This document shows, in pieces, positions 1-10,374 of a stretch of 64,000 bases of DNA. The stretch is taken from positions 31,882 to 95,881 of the forward strand of contig JBBREE010000001.1 of assembly GCA_038203255.1 (NCBI GenBank), given 5' to 3'. The stretch is from Candidatus Moraniibacteriota bacterium. GTDB taxonomy: Bacteria > Patescibacteriota > Minisyncoccia > Moranbacterales > UBA2206. Position 1 is the first letter of the stretch, and every line of letters starts with the position of its first letter. Made by a program: the position numbers and the translations under genes. The notes under the pieces were generated by a model. That model searched no databases. It saw nothing but the letters and a program-made list of their open reading frames with translations, and was not told where the DNA came from.

Positions 1-331
1 CAATGTGATATCTCACACCCGGAAGATCTTTCACTCTTCCTCCGCGCAGTACCACAATGGAATGTTCTTGCAAATTGTGTCCGACACCAGGGATATAAGC
101 AGTTACTTCCATTCCATTGGTGAGGCGTACACGGGCAATTTTTCGTAAAGCTGAGTTAGGTTTCTTTGGAGTAGTCGTAGAAACTTTCAAACACACTCCT
201 CGTTTAAAAGGGCTATTAGTATCAATCGGCTTATTCTGCAAGGTGTTAAAAACATATTTAAAAGCAGGAGTTTTTGATTTAGCGACTCCGCTTGTGCGTG
301 GTTTTCTTTTGAGTTGGTTAATTGTTGGCAT
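1..331 (-). CDS. rpsL: 30S ribosomal protein S12, partial (C-terminus runs off the window edge)
   Basis: Minus-strand translation from the ATG at 329-331 gives [24 protein letters not shown]...[49 protein letters not shown], a classic S12 sequence. It is absent from the ORF track because no stop lies inside the window. Confidence 0.85.
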   Translation of the reverse strand, partial: MPTINQLKRKPRTSGVAKSKTPAFKYVFNTLQNKPIDTNSPFKRGVCLKVSTTTPKKPNSALRKIARVRLTNGMEVTAYIPGVGHNLQEHSIVVLRGGRVKDLPGVRYHI

Positions 332-442
332 GGGTAAAGTTCTTTAAAGTTAAATAAAAATAAGCCAGTTGCCTAGCAAAATAATAATATAGGATATATT
401 ATAAGCTGTCAATACTTCACTAATAATTCCTTCAGCACCTCC

Positions 443-1132
443 CTACAACGTCACCCTCAAAAACAGATTCAAAACCGCGTTCAAAAAGACGCCCAGCGGA
501 GCGGAAAAAAACAAGATAAAAATCAAAAGAAAGAAAAAACCGAATTGCTCAAGCATAATCATTGTTTCAGTTTTTAATTGAAAAACGGAAAAAAGAATTT
601 TTGAGCCGTCCAAGGGAGGAATAGGGATTAGGTTGAAAAAAGCCAAGATGACATTGATAATAATGATCACTACTAAAAGTTCAAAAAAGATTGAACCAGC
701 CGAACCGGCGATAAGCTCTGCTGCCCCGGTCGGGTTCAAGGCATTGGCCACAATCCCTTGCTTCACTGCTAATGGCAGGAAAATAAAACTGGCTAAAATC
801 GCTGAAACGGTAGCGATTAAGATATTGGAAAGTGGTCCCGCCACAGACACCAAGGCTGGTCCCCATTTTTGATCTTTCAAATTATACGGATTATACGGCA
901 CCGGCTTAGCCCAACCAAAAGCAAACCCGAGAGAAAGAAACATCAAAAGTGGCACCAAAAAAGAGCCCCAAAAATCCAAATGCTTCAAAGGATTAAGATT
1001 AAGCCGATCAGCATATTTAGCGGTCGAGTCTCCTAAAAGAAGCGCCATGGCGCCATGGGACACTTCGTGAATGATGACCGAATACAGAAGGATTATGATA
1101 TAAAAGACAATTAAGACAATTTCATTAAGCAT
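443..1132 (-). CDS. M50 family metallopeptidase (site-2 protease-like membrane protease)
   Basis: HExxH motif (HEVSHG) in an N-terminal transmembrane helix, a C-terminal NLIPIPPLDG S2P signature, and a polytopic membrane profile. Confidence 0.7.
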   Translation of the reverse strand: MLNEIVLIVFYIIILLYSVIIHEVSHGAMALLLGDSTAKYADRLNLNPLKHLDFWGSFLVPLLMFLSLGFAFGWAKPVPYNPYNLKDQKWGPALVSVAGPLSNILIATVSAILASFIFLPLAVKQGIVANALNPTGAAELIAGSAGSIFFELLVVIIIINVILAFFNLIPIPPLDGSKILFSVFQLKTETMIMLEQFGFFFLLIFILFFSAPLGVFLNAVLNLFLRVTL

Positions 1133-1198
1133 AAATTTATATTAGGACTTGCTATTATTACTTTCTTATGCTAACTTATATTCTGTAATAAATCAACA

Positions 1199-1381
1199 AT
1201 GAAAATTATGAGTCGAGTATGTGATATCTGTGGACGCGGTCCCCAAACCGGAAACAAAGTCAGTCATTCCCAAGTTAAAACGCCTCGAAAATATCAAATC
1301 AATCTTCAGTCTAAAAAGATAGACGGCATGGGCAAAAAGGTTTGCACCAAATGCATAAAAACCATGAACAAGACTGATTAA
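1199..1381 (+). CDS. rpmB: 50S ribosomal protein L28
   Basis: 60-aa protein MSRVCDICGRGPQTGNKVSHSQVKTPR... matches the L28 family N-terminus (MSRVCxxxGKxPxxGNxxSH). Confidence 0.8.
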   Translation: MKIMSRVCDICGRGPQTGNKVSHSQVKTPRKYQINLQSKKIDGMGKKVCTKCIKTMNKTD

Positions 1382-1395
1382 GCCCACTTCAAACA

Positions 1396-1434
1396 AAAAA
1401 ATCCCTCGATTAATTCGGGGGATTTTTTGTTTTG
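1396..1434 (+). terminator. rho-independent terminator after rpmB
   Basis: Hairpin aatccctcg-attaatt-cgggggatt followed by a T-run. Confidence 0.6.
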
Positions 1435-1477
1435 AAAGTGTTACTGAACATGTTACTGAACAAATTCGATAACAGAA

Positions 1478-2086
1478 TTATTCCAAGATACCGTCTAAGT
1501 TTACGTCGTATAAAATTTCATCTTGCACCAAGCGGTAATCGATGATTTCTTCTTTTTTAAACCAATGATTAATTTCCATTTCGGCTTCTTCGACTGATCC
1601 GGAAGCGTGAATTAAATTTCGCACACTTCGGTTGTCATCATCTGACATCTGGTATGAATCCAGAACGTAGTCTCCGCGAATTGTCCCGGGATCTGAAGTT
1701 AGGGGTTCAGTTCCACCAGTGATTTTGCGGATGATTTTGACTGAGTGAGCCCCTTGCCAAATCATAGCGATAACCGGACCGCTCGTCATATATTTTTTCA
1801 GATTAGCTAAAATTTTAGCCGTAATTTCCAATGGATCTTCAGAAGGAGGAGTTAGCCCTTTTTTCTTGTAACTTTCAATGGTCTTTTCTCCGGTCACGCG
1901 TCTCCAGTTTGGATCAAGGGTATAATGTTTTTCGATAAAATCAGTATCAGTCACCAACATTTTCATCGCCACTAATTTAAGCCCCAATCTTTCATAACGA
2001 TTAATGATTTCTCCGACCAAGGTTCTTTGCAGACCGTCCGGTTTTACGACCACTAGCGTTCTTTCTTTGGAATGATGCTTTTGCAT
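1478..2086 (-). CDS. ndk: nucleoside-diphosphate kinase (long form)
   Basis: RTLVVVKPDG N-terminal motif and NLIHASGSVEEAEMEINHWF (the NxxHGSDS active-site His region). An extended insert is typical of long Ndk variants. Confidence 0.8.
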   Translation of the reverse strand: MQKHHSKERTLVVVKPDGLQRTLVGEIINRYERLGLKLVAMKMLVTDTDFIEKHYTLDPNWRRVTGEKTIESYKKKGLTPPSEDPLEITAKILANLKKYMTSGPVIAMIWQGAHSVKIIRKITGGTEPLTSDPGTIRGDYVLDSYQMSDDDNRSVRNLIHASGSVEEAEMEINHWFKKEEIIDYRLVQDEILYDVNLDGILE

Positions 2087-2175
2087 AAAATTTCTTTTCT
2101 TAAAATAATTTAATTAAAAACCTCTTGAGAAGGTTACAAAAAAAATTATACTCCCAAATTCCAACTCACGCAAGC

Positions 2176-2206
2176 AAAAGCCCGAAAAAAATTCCGGGCT
2201 TTTTTC
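2176..2206 (-). terminator. rho-independent terminator downstream of recA (hairpin gcccg/cgggc plus T-run)
   Basis: aaagcccgaaaaaaattccgggctttttt lies immediately 3' of the recA stop on the minus strand. Confidence 0.5.
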
Positions 2207-2224
2207 ATCTTCTTTTTTTGTCCT

Positions 2225-3271
2225 CTATTTTTTCTCGACTTCCTTTTCAACCTCTTTCGTAACTTCTTTTTCGCTTTCCTGTTCTTTTTCTTTTAATTTC
2301 TTATACACTTCTTTCGTTATTTCTTTAATCAATTTTTGATCAGCTTTTAAAGTGGCTTTGGCGGCTTCTCGTCCGACACCTAATTTAATTTCCCCGAAAG
2401 AATAGGAATTGCCCTTCTTATCAATTACTTCATATTTAGCTCCAGTGTCCAAAATATCCCCGGACGCACTGATGCCTTCATTATACATAATGTCAAATTC
2501 AGTGGTGCGGAAAGGTGGAGCTACTTTGTTTTTCACAATCTTTATTTTCGTGCGGTTCCCTACAATCTCATCACCTTTTTTAATTTGCGCAGAGCGACGC
2601 ACTTCGATTCTCACTGAGCAATAGAATTTCAAAGCATTACCACCGGTAGTGGTTTCTGGATTGCCAAACACCACTCCGATTTTCATTCTGATCTGATTAA
2701 TGAAAATAACCGTACAATTACTTTTGGCCACAATAGCCGTGAGCTTGCGGAGAGCCTGCGACATGAGTCTGGCTTGCCGTCCCATATGGGAATCACCCAT
2801 TTCTCCTTCAATTTCAGCTTTGGGCACCAGCGCCGCTACTGAGTCCACTACAATCACACTAATTTGGCCGGAATTAACCAAGGTCTCCACGATGTCCAGA
2901 GCCTGCTCACCATTATCCGGTTGAGAAATGAGCAGATCATTAATGTTCACTCCAATCTTTTTAGCATATTCCGGATCCAGGGCATGCTCTGCGTCAATGA
3001 AAGCCGCTGTGCCCCCGGCGCGTTGTGCATTAGCAATAATATGAAGCGTCAAGGTAGTTTTCCCGGAAGACTCCGGACCATACACTTCAATCACTCGTCC
3101 GCGCGGAATGCCTCCGATCCCAAGTGCAATGTCCAAAGAAATCGAGCCAGTCGGGATAGATTCTACGTCCACTCTTTTAATGTCCCCCAATTTCATGATA
3201 ATCCCTTCTCCGAATTTTTCTCTGATTTCGTCTACCACTCCATCTATCCCTTTGCTTTTTTCTTCTTTCAT
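2225..3271 (-). CDS. recA: recombinase RecA with a repetitive acidic/lysine C-terminal tail
   Basis: Walker [10 protein letters not shown]. RecA core IDAEHALDP...VDSVAAL...[24 protein letters not shown]-terminus [22 protein letters not shown]. Confidence 0.95.
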   Translation of the reverse strand: MKEEKSKGIDGVVDEIREKFGEGIIMKLGDIKRVDVESIPTGSISLDIALGIGGIPRGRVIEVYGPESSGKTTLTLHIIANAQRAGGTAAFIDAEHALDPEYAKKIGVNINDLLISQPDNGEQALDIVETLVNSGQISVIVVDSVAALVPKAEIEGEMGDSHMGRQARLMSQALRKLTAIVAKSNCTVIFINQIRMKIGVVFGNPETTTGGNALKFYCSVRIEVRRSAQIKKGDEIVGNRTKIKIVKNKVAPPFRTTEFDIMYNEGISASGDILDTGAKYEVIDKKGNSYSFGEIKLGVGREAAKATLKADQKLIKEITKEVYKKLKEKEQESEKEVTKEVEKEVEKK

Positions 3272-3426
3272 AATGTTTCCTCTTAGCCTATTAACCTATT
3301 TATCAGTTAATATTGTTAAGAATTTTAATATTATTTTTATTAGAATGTTAACATGCTAATATTGCAACATGCTACCACTAGTGATATTTTATCATTGGTT
3401 CAAAAATCACGCAAGCCCTTCTTTTG

Positions 3427-4515
3427 TTATTTCTTTTTATCCGTTTTTTTAGGGGGGTCTGCGACGACAGGAGCGTCAACTGCCTCGTTAGTATTAAGAT
3501 TATCACCACTTGCACTTTTAGTGTTTTTAGTGAAAGTCACTTCCCGTACGGCACCGGCGTCCGTGCTTAAAGCTCCGACTTCTTGACCATTAAGTTTAAT
3601 GAAAGTGGCTTTGCCATTACCAGAACTAATCACTATTTTTTCTTTAGCCGTAAAAGATTGCACCGTTCCACTGAGCATTGTGCCAGAAAACGCCGAGCTT
3701 CCATCCGTTTCCACATTAAGCCACACCGGCCCCGGATCAACTCGCAAATCCAATTGCACACCTTGTTCTTGCGACGCCACGTCGCTCCCAGAAACCTCTG
3801 CCCCGCTTGTGTCAGCACTCGCTCCAGCATTTTCAGTTGGATAATCCGCTCTAACCACCACAGTTTCAGAAATTTCTTTTTTAAATTTATTCACCGCTCG
3901 CACTGTGATATTATTGAGCCCTGATTGCAAAGTCAGATTTTCTCCAAATTTTCCATCATCTCCAACTAGGATTGGTTGACCATTAATAAACAAGGCTGCC
4001 TCCTTATCAGTTGAACCTTTCACATAAACCGAGTTGCCTTTGACCTCGCTGTTGTTGTCCGGGCTCAAGATAAGTAAGTTGGGTGCACTAGCAAAAGAAT
4101 CCACTTCGCGATAAAGAAAAAACAAACCTAAAATGACCACGACTACGACAGCCACAGCTACAATTTTTTGCGGGGTGAAAACGAAAGAAGAAATGTTAAT
4201 CGGCTTGATTTTTTCCGTTTTAGGTTTAAAGTCTTTCTCTAGGTTTCTCTTAATGCCCTTTTCCTTGTCATAAAGGCGGATAAGGATAGTTTCATCCACT
4301 CCTAAAAAATCAGCGTAGCTTCGTAAAAATCCTTTAGTGTAAACATCCGCCGGCAATTTATCATAATTTCCTTCTTCTAGGCATTCTAAATAACCCACCT
4401 GAATTTTTGTGGCTTTGGAAACTTCCCCTAAAGAAATACGCTTATCACTTCGAAGCTTTCTCAGCTTTTCACCCAAAGTCATCGTCCCGACACTTTTTTT
4501 AGTAAAACCATTCAT
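3427..4515 (-). CDS. rodZ: RodZ-like cytoskeleton protein (HTH_XRE + TM + DUF4115-like C-terminal domain)
   Basis: N-terminal HTH LGEKLRKLRSDKRISLGEVSKATKIQVGYLECLEEG...YTKGFLRSYADFLGVD (RodZ signature), a single TM (VAVAVVVVVILGLFFLY), and a beta-rich C-terminal domain. Confidence 0.7.
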   Translation of the reverse strand: MNGFTKKSVGTMTLGEKLRKLRSDKRISLGEVSKATKIQVGYLECLEEGNYDKLPADVYTKGFLRSYADFLGVDETILIRLYDKEKGIKRNLEKDFKPKTEKIKPINISSFVFTPQKIVAVAVVVVVILGLFFLYREVDSFASAPNLLILSPDNNSEVKGNSVYVKGSTDKEAALFINGQPILVGDDGKFGENLTLQSGLNNITVRAVNKFKKEISETVVVRADYPTENAGASADTSGAEVSGSDVASQEQGVQLDLRVDPGPVWLNVETDGSSAFSGTMLSGTVQSFTAKEKIVISSGNGKATFIKLNGQEVGALSTDAGAVREVTFTKNTKSASGDNLNTNEAVDAPVVADPPKKTDKKK

Positions 4516-4524
4516 AGATAGAAT

Positions 4525-6963
4525 TTATAACTCCCACTTATCCCTCTTCTCTTGATCTCCAATCTTATCAGTATAACCAATGTTTTTTTCATCATTACCA
4601 ATATAAATTTCCCGTGGCTTAGCCCCATCAGCCGGCCCGACAATCCCCTGCTCCTCCAAAATATCCAGAAGTCTGGCCGCGCGCGCATATCCGATGCGCA
4701 AACGTCTTTGCAAAAAAGAGGCCGAGGCTTTTCTAGATTTCATAATCTCCAGTTTGGCCGCTGCCACCAGGGCGTCGTCCGATCCTTCCGTGGCACTATC
4801 TTTAAATTCCAAAATTTCTTTTTTTGATTTTTCCGTAACTTCTGCTGTTTCCTCTTTTTCTTTTATCCTTTGTCCGCAGATAAATTTCACCACGCGCTTC
4901 ACTTCCGATTCTCCCACAAAAACACCTTGGACTCTTCTAGGTTTTGGAGAGCTAGCTGAAAGATACAGCATATCTCCCTTACCCAAAAGTTTCTCCGCTC
5001 CGCCCATATCCAAAATTGTACGTGAATCAATCTGACTACCCACCTGAAAAGCAATTCGGGTAGTGATGTTGGCCTTAATAAGACCGGTAATCACTTCTAC
5101 GCTTGGACGCTGAGTAGAAACAATTAAGTGAATACCCACAGCTCGCGCCATCTGTGCCAGCCTCACCACAGCTCCCTCTACTTCCTTACCATGTGTTCCC
5201 ATGAGGTCAGCTAACTCATCAATCACAATAACAATGTATGGCAAATTTTTCAATTCCTCCTCTGTTGTTTCATTAGTTTCCGGGTCGGTTCTTTTTATCG
5301 TCTCGCCCGCTTTCATTTTTTCCCGATATGACCCAATGTCTCGCGAACCAGTGTCTTGCAATAAACGATAGCGTCTCTCCATTTCGCTGACCGCCCATTT
5401 TAAAGCGTTAATCACTTTGGAGTTTTCCACCACCACCTCCGTCAAGAGATGTGGGATACCATTATATAGAGAAAGTTCCACACGTTTAGGATCAACCATA
5501 ATAAATTTCAGATCTTCCGGCGAATTCTGATAAAGCAAAGTGGTGATGATAGAGTTTATCCCCACTGATTTTCCAGTCCCGGTCGCTCCGGCAATCATAA
5601 GATGAGGCATCTTGCTGAGATCGGCAAAAATATTTTCTCCGCCCACATCCTCTCCTAGCGCCACCATCAGGTTAGAACTTCTTTTTCTAAATTGCGAATC
5701 CTCCACCATATCTCGCAGTCTCACTACCATAGAATCCTTATTAGGGATTTCAATCCCAATGAGAGATTGTCCCGGGATAGGTGCCTCGATTCTGATTGGA
5801 TGAGCCGCCAAGGCTAAAGCCAAATCATTTTGCAAGGAAAGTATCTTGGAAATCTTCACCCCGACCGCCGGACGAAAACTATATTGCGTCACAGCCGGAC
5901 CGGTTTTGGCTGTCCCTCTCTCCACTTGAATCCCAAAATCTTTTAAAGTTTTTTCAATAATGGCAAAATTCTTTTCGATGTCTCCGCCCTTGGCCACGCC
6001 AAAACTTTTTTCCAAAAGATCTGCCGGAGGCAAAACCCATTTTGAACCTTTTAACATTTTGGCATATCCAGTTTCCTCGTCTTTTTTGTCATGCCTCGTG
6101 TGATCATTAATGTCTAAAGATTTCCTTTCCATCACTATTCTATTCGCATCCTCCTCGGCATTATGCTCAAATTTATCCGACACTTCCGGCGAAACAAATT
6201 GATCGCGCCCTTCGACAAATTTGATGTGAGAAATGTTTTCCTCTACTTGCGCGTCTTCGGCCGATATACACTCCGCGACTGAAATTCCTTCTGTACCGCT
6301 AGTGACATCAGCCTGAATTTCAGTCTCGTCTTTCTCTTCTGGCATATCACCCCCTTCATTGGACTCTAGTAAATCTTCAGCCTCTTGCGTTTCATTTTTT
6401 CCCTTTTTAAGTTTCATAAAAAAATGCGCGATGGAAAAATCAAAAATCAAAATTATTCCTAAAAACATCATTGCTAAAATAATAACAAAACTCCCAGCAC
6501 TACCCAGATATTTCACCAACGGATAATCGATAGCATAACCCAAATATCCGCCACCTTGCCCGGAAGAAGCCGCTTTCAACATTTTAGACGGATCGAAAAA
6601 CCAATGAGTCAACCCAACAAAGCTAAAAAGAGTAATGAAAAGACCAGCGGATTTAGTTACATAAAAAAAAGTTTCTTTTCTAAAAAGAAGAATTATTCCG
6701 CCCCCAATCAGAAAAAACGGGAAGATGAATTTCACCAGCCCCACTGAGGTAGCAATCAGACTATTTAAAAGTGCGCCCAGAGTCCCCGCTTTACCAAAAA
6801 AACCCAGAACTAAAATCAAAGCCAGTGCAAAAAGAAGAACAGCTACGATACTGCGCTTGACGTCTCCGGCCAAACTTCTTTTCGGCCGGCTCTCCATTTC
6901 TTCTTCCTCAATTTCTATTGCCTCCTGCGGTTTTCTTTTTTTTGTATATTTTTTTCTAGCCAT
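4525..6963 (-). CDS. ftsK: DNA translocase FtsK/SpoIIIE
   Basis: N-terminal TM helices, an acidic linker, a motor domain with Walker A GATGTGKSVGINS and Walker B IVIVIDELADL, and a C-terminal gamma winged helix (SASFLQRRLRIGYARAARLLDILEE). The ORF-track start at 6969 is TTG; the first ATG is at 6963. Confidence 0.9.
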   Translation of the reverse strand: MARKKYTKKRKPQEAIEIEEEEMESRPKRSLAGDVKRSIVAVLLFALALILVLGFFGKAGTLGALLNSLIATSVGLVKFIFPFFLIGGGIILLFRKETFFYVTKSAGLFITLFSFVGLTHWFFDPSKMLKAASSGQGGGYLGYAIDYPLVKYLGSAGSFVIILAMMFLGIILIFDFSIAHFFMKLKKGKNETQEAEDLLESNEGGDMPEEKDETEIQADVTSGTEGISVAECISAEDAQVEENISHIKFVEGRDQFVSPEVSDKFEHNAEEDANRIVMERKSLDINDHTRHDKKDEETGYAKMLKGSKWVLPPADLLEKSFGVAKGGDIEKNFAIIEKTLKDFGIQVERGTAKTGPAVTQYSFRPAVGVKISKILSLQNDLALALAAHPIRIEAPIPGQSLIGIEIPNKDSMVVRLRDMVEDSQFRKRSSNLMVALGEDVGGENIFADLSKMPHLMIAGATGTGKSVGINSIITTLLYQNSPEDLKFIMVDPKRVELSLYNGIPHLLTEVVVENSKVINALKWAVSEMERRYRLLQDTGSRDIGSYREKMKAGETIKRTDPETNETTEEELKNLPYIVIVIDELADLMGTHGKEVEGAVVRLAQMARAVGIHLIVSTQRPSVEVITGLIKANITTRIAFQVGSQIDSRTILDMGGAEKLLGKGDMLYLSASSPKPRRVQGVFVGESEVKRVVKFICGQRIKEKEETAEVTEKSKKEILEFKDSATEGSDDALVAAAKLEIMKSRKASASFLQRRLRIGYARAARLLDILEEQGIVGPADGAKPREIYIGNDEKNIGYTDKIGDQEKRDKWEL

Positions 6964-7158
6964 ATGCAACTATATTATCATAAATAGACCAATCTTCCAA
7001 AAGATGCCTCTTCTTATGCCATCCTTTGAAAGCTGATACTTTTTAAATGCTGTTTTTTCTTTATTTATCAGGGCTTATCCACCCAGTCGGCGGATTTAAA
7101 AAGAGATCCCCTAGTGATCCCTTTTTATTGCCTATATTAATTTGTGTAGCTTATCGGA

Positions 7159-7380
7159 TTATAAAAGTCCGATATTACCAAAAAGTGTAAGAGTCATAAT
7201 TGGCATAAGAGCGATAAGGACTGCAAGTCCAAACTCTTCCGCCGCTTGATGCTCCGCCTCCCTTTTTTGACACTCAGGGCATTGGCACACGTCCTGTTTT
7301 TTTTCCAGTTCGTTTTCCATTTTGTTTTTGTTTTTATCAATTTTTTTCTTCTGTCTCACGACACAGGAAAAAAATGACAT
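7159..7380 (-). CDS. small membrane-anchored protein with CQCPEC motif (hypothetical)
   Basis: 73 aa. Lys-rich N-terminus, a CxCxxC motif, and a C-terminal hydrophobic helix (LAVLIALMPIMTLTLFGNIGLL). Confidence 0.35.
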   Translation of the reverse strand: MSFFSCVVRQKKKIDKNKNKMENELEKKQDVCQCPECQKREAEHQAAEEFGLAVLIALMPIMTLTLFGNIGLL

Positions 7381-7481
7381 TTTTTAATTAATTATTAACC
7401 TATTTAGCCCCCTAAAACACAAAAAACGGGACTCATCACCCGTTCTTTATAATATAAGTATAGCGCATTTCGAGAGAAAAG

Positions 7482-8870
7482 TCAAGGGGTGTTTTCTTCT
7501 CGGTTATCTATCTTTATCCCAGGAGGAACAAGGCCTGCCCTCTCCCATCTTTTAAATTGATCCCTAGAAACATATTTGATATTTTTTGACCTCGTCCTAA
7601 CTCGCAATAAAAAGTTATCCACAATATGCTTTTTTATTTCTCCTTTTTCCAGCCCGCTCGCCTCACTTGCTTCCTGACATATTAAATCCAAATATTTTTC
7701 ATTAAAAGAGCCAAACAGGCGGGTGTAGAGCGACAACTTTTGAATTCTTTTATAGATCTTGTTTTGCGCAAGACCAGTTTCATTCTTATTATTAGTCAAA
7801 ACAACTTGGACTTCAAAATTTCTCGTGATAGTCATTTTCCCTTCTTCTCCATTCTTTGGAACTTTAATCTCTCCAGAAAATTTAGCCACTTTAAAATTTT
7901 CATTGGATGATTCGTTTTTTTCAAACGGCACTGAATTAATTCCCTGTTCTCTAAGTTTACCTCGCAGTGATTCATCTTCTTCATTACCAAAAAGATTAAC
8001 ATTCTCAAAGACAATTTTACCAGTCTCAAAATTATCCCTTAACGTTTCAGCCATGAATAAAAATAATTTGCTTGCTTCTTTTCCATTAGCAACTTCAAAC
8101 TTAAATCCTATTCCATCCCGTATTCTCTCTTCCATTGAAAAATCGGGCTTTTTAGCCAGCTTAGCTGTTACGCTTTCTTGAGTTTTTCCACGAAAACTAA
8201 ATTTAGCATCAGTCCATGAATTTTCGCCTGTCATTATACCAACGCGATTCCAATCTTCATCTTCTTCCTTGACAGTATGAAACCTCACGATGCCATCCTT
8301 GTCTTCTTTAAAAAGCTGCTCTGATAAATATTTACTTTCATTGAATAAATCCCCGAATTCCTCTGCGTCATATTCACGCTCGGCTATCATTAGACTAAAA
8401 AGAGCGCAGTAGCTCGGGCTCAATCCCAGATTGTCTCCTTTCTTCAAGAGAGTGGCTTTGTCTAGATATTTTTCCAAATCATGTAGGTTGTTAAATCCAT
8501 CCAAGTTTTCAATTTCACGCGGGAAAGCAGCTTTAGGATCAGCGCCAGAAACCAAGAATTTTTTGTAAAAATCTTTAGCCTCTCGCCAATATCTAGAAAT
8601 ATCAGGCAATTTATTTTCTAAGTCCTTTTTATCAATCTGCATGTTTTTGGAAATAACTTCCATTTTTTCATCACTGGTCAAGCCCACCGGGATAGAAAAC
8701 AAATCAATCGGCGTTATATTTTCTCCTTCTACTGAAAGGCCCCTGTCGAAAAGCACCTCCTTAGCAACTTCCGGTTTTTGGACCTTGGTGTAAAATTCCT
8801 TTTTTAGTCCAGAAGACATATCCTTAAATCCAAATTCTCCCATAAATTTAAAATAATTTAACTTATACAT
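7482..8870 (-). CDS. hypothetical 462-aa protein; C-terminal half may carry a divergent RelA/SpoT-like nucleotidyltransferase fold (tentative)
   Basis: RGKTQESVTAKLAKK...ERIRDGIGFKFEV resembles the R.K..S...K / D.xG.R strands of synthetase-type nucleotidyltransferases. ITRNFEVQVVLTN...AQNKIYK resembles ExQIRT...YK. No GYxSxH motif was seen, so the assignment is weak. Confidence 0.4.
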   Translation of the reverse strand: MYKLNYFKFMGEFGFKDMSSGLKKEFYTKVQKPEVAKEVLFDRGLSVEGENITPIDLFSIPVGLTSDEKMEVISKNMQIDKKDLENKLPDISRYWREAKDFYKKFLVSGADPKAAFPREIENLDGFNNLHDLEKYLDKATLLKKGDNLGLSPSYCALFSLMIAEREYDAEEFGDLFNESKYLSEQLFKEDKDGIVRFHTVKEEDEDWNRVGIMTGENSWTDAKFSFRGKTQESVTAKLAKKPDFSMEERIRDGIGFKFEVANGKEASKLFLFMAETLRDNFETGKIVFENVNLFGNEEDESLRGKLREQGINSVPFEKNESSNENFKVAKFSGEIKVPKNGEEGKMTITRNFEVQVVLTNNKNETGLAQNKIYKRIQKLSLYTRLFGSFNEKYLDLICQEASEASGLEKGEIKKHIVDNFLLRVRTRSKNIKYVSRDQFKRWERAGLVPPGIKIDNREENTP

Positions 8871-8999
8871 TTATTATAGCACATAGAAAGACTGACTCTT
8901 GCCTTTTTTTATAGATTTGCTATAATCAATTTGTTTTGTAGATTCTAAATAGTCCTTGACCGGGCTATTTAAAAAACAACAAAATTAACAACTGAATAT

Positions 9000-9071
9000 T
9001 CCGCGATAGCTCAATGGTAGAGCAATTGACTGTTAATCAATTGGTTCCAGGTTCGAGTCCTGGTCGCGGAG
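9000..9071 (+). tRNA. tRNA-Asn (GTT)
   Basis: Cloverleaf: acceptor TCCGCGA/TCGCGGA, D-stem GCTC/GAGC, anticodon stem ATTGA/TCAAT with loop CTGTTAA (anticodon GTT), T-arm CCAGG-TTCGAGT-CCTGG, discriminator G. CCA is not encoded. Confidence 0.85.
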
Positions 9072-9081
9072 CTAGTGCAAT

Positions 9082-9108
9082 TTAAGGCTTTTTAAAGCCT
9101 TTTTTTGT
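9082..9108 (+). terminator. rho-independent terminator after tRNA-Asn
   Basis: aaggcttttt aaagcctt hairpin followed by TTTTTT. Confidence 0.6.
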
Positions 9109-9213
9109 TGACAATCCTTGACTAAAAATAAATAGTGCGTTAATCTATATTGTTGCATTTATAAATTGAATAAAGCAATTTTAAAGTACCTTTTCAACTA
9201 TTGGAGGCATGCC

Positions 9214-10257
9214 ATGGATTTTACTAATGAACTTGAAAAAGCCAGGAAGATGGGTTGCGGAGACATCCGCAAGATATACCTTAATTTTATAGAAGTGTTA
9301 AGAGATTATATCAAAATCAGAAGTGTGTCGCTTCCCTTTCCATCAAGCAACCTAGTTCTTATTGGTGGAGGCTCTGGAATATCAACGGTCGGGAGATCTC
9401 TTTATGAAGTAGGCATCTCAAATTTTACATCTATAGCAAGCGTCATGGATGTTGGTGGTGGGAGTGGGGTCATTCAAGATAGATTTTGCATTCCTCACAT
9501 GAATGATGTAATGCAACACCTCATAAATATGAATCCCAGAAAAAATAAGTTTTCTGAATTTATGTCGCTACGAACATCTGACGAATGGAAGCAGGATGGA
9601 TATATCATGATAGCGGCGGCAGTTAACCTATTTGGCGTAGAAAGAGGAATTGACCTTATCGGTTGTCTATTAGAAAATGACCACAGAGCGCTTCCTGTTA
9701 CAAGCCAGCCGTGTGAGCCGATTTTTACTTACCGTGGCAGAGAGTATAAAACGTATGAATTCGCCTTTCTTCCCGATAAAATTGGCGTGGCGGATCATGT
9801 CAAACTTAATGTTTCAGCGAGCCTTCTGCCATCTGTGAGTAAATCTATACAAAACGCGAATGTAGCTGTAATTGGTCCGGGAGATATTCATTTTTCTATT
9901 CTTCCTCCAATGCTCGTGCCAGGAATGTATGAGGCCTTATGTCATGTAAGAAAGATAATTCTTATTGCTAATTTGACGGCGCGTAGAATTGACATCCCTG
10001 GCTTTACGCTCAAGGACTATATTGCCTTTTGGAAGAAAAAGTTACCACAAAAACCGAAATGCAATATTTTGGTTAATTCATTTCAAAACATCAATCAAGA
10101 AGATCCTCCCCTGAAAGATGACATTCACGGCGACTACTACATGGATTGCCACATTCATCGAGCTAACATCGCTGGACACAGCTTAAGCAGAAATAAACAA
10201 CCCCTTCATGATAAACATGCACTGGGGAAATCGCTTAAGTATATTCTAAATATATAG
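9214..10257 (+). CDS. CofD/YvcK (UPF0052) family protein, divergent
   Basis: LIGGGSGISTVGRSL...IASVMDVGGGSGVIQDRF aligns with the YvcK/CofD motifs (GGGTGLS..R.L / DDGGSSG). A later VAVIGPGDIHFSILPPMLVPGM matches the (V/I)IGPGSLYTS(I/V)LPNLLVPG motif. The ORF-track start at 9166 is TTG; an ATG at 9214 follows a GGAGG ribosome-binding site. Confidence 0.65.
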   Translation: MDFTNELEKARKMGCGDIRKIYLNFIEVLRDYIKIRSVSLPFPSSNLVLIGGGSGISTVGRSLYEVGISNFTSIASVMDVGGGSGVIQDRFCIPHMNDVMQHLINMNPRKNKFSEFMSLRTSDEWKQDGYIMIAAAVNLFGVERGIDLIGCLLENDHRALPVTSQPCEPIFTYRGREYKTYEFAFLPDKIGVADHVKLNVSASLLPSVSKSIQNANVAVIGPGDIHFSILPPMLVPGMYEALCHVRKIILIANLTARRIDIPGFTLKDYIAFWKKKLPQKPKCNILVNSFQNINQEDPPLKDDIHGDYYMDCHIHRANIAGHSLSRNKQPLHDKHALGKSLKYILNI

Positions 10258-10374
10258 TCCAGAAATAAAATTATCTAAACCCCTTACGCTGCCAAAGGAC
10301 AGCATAGGGGTTTTCTTTTTTGTATAAAAAAAGCGAGCTGGTGATTCAGCTCGCTTACTCGAAATTAATTTCAC

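Noticed and set aside
117-347. ORF-track 76-aa plus-strand ORF
   Set aside because: It lies antisense to the much better supported rpsL on the minus strand (1-331).
633-872. Plus- and minus-strand small ORFs inside the M50 protease gene
   Set aside because: They are fully nested in or antisense to a conserved membrane protease ORF, with no independent signals.
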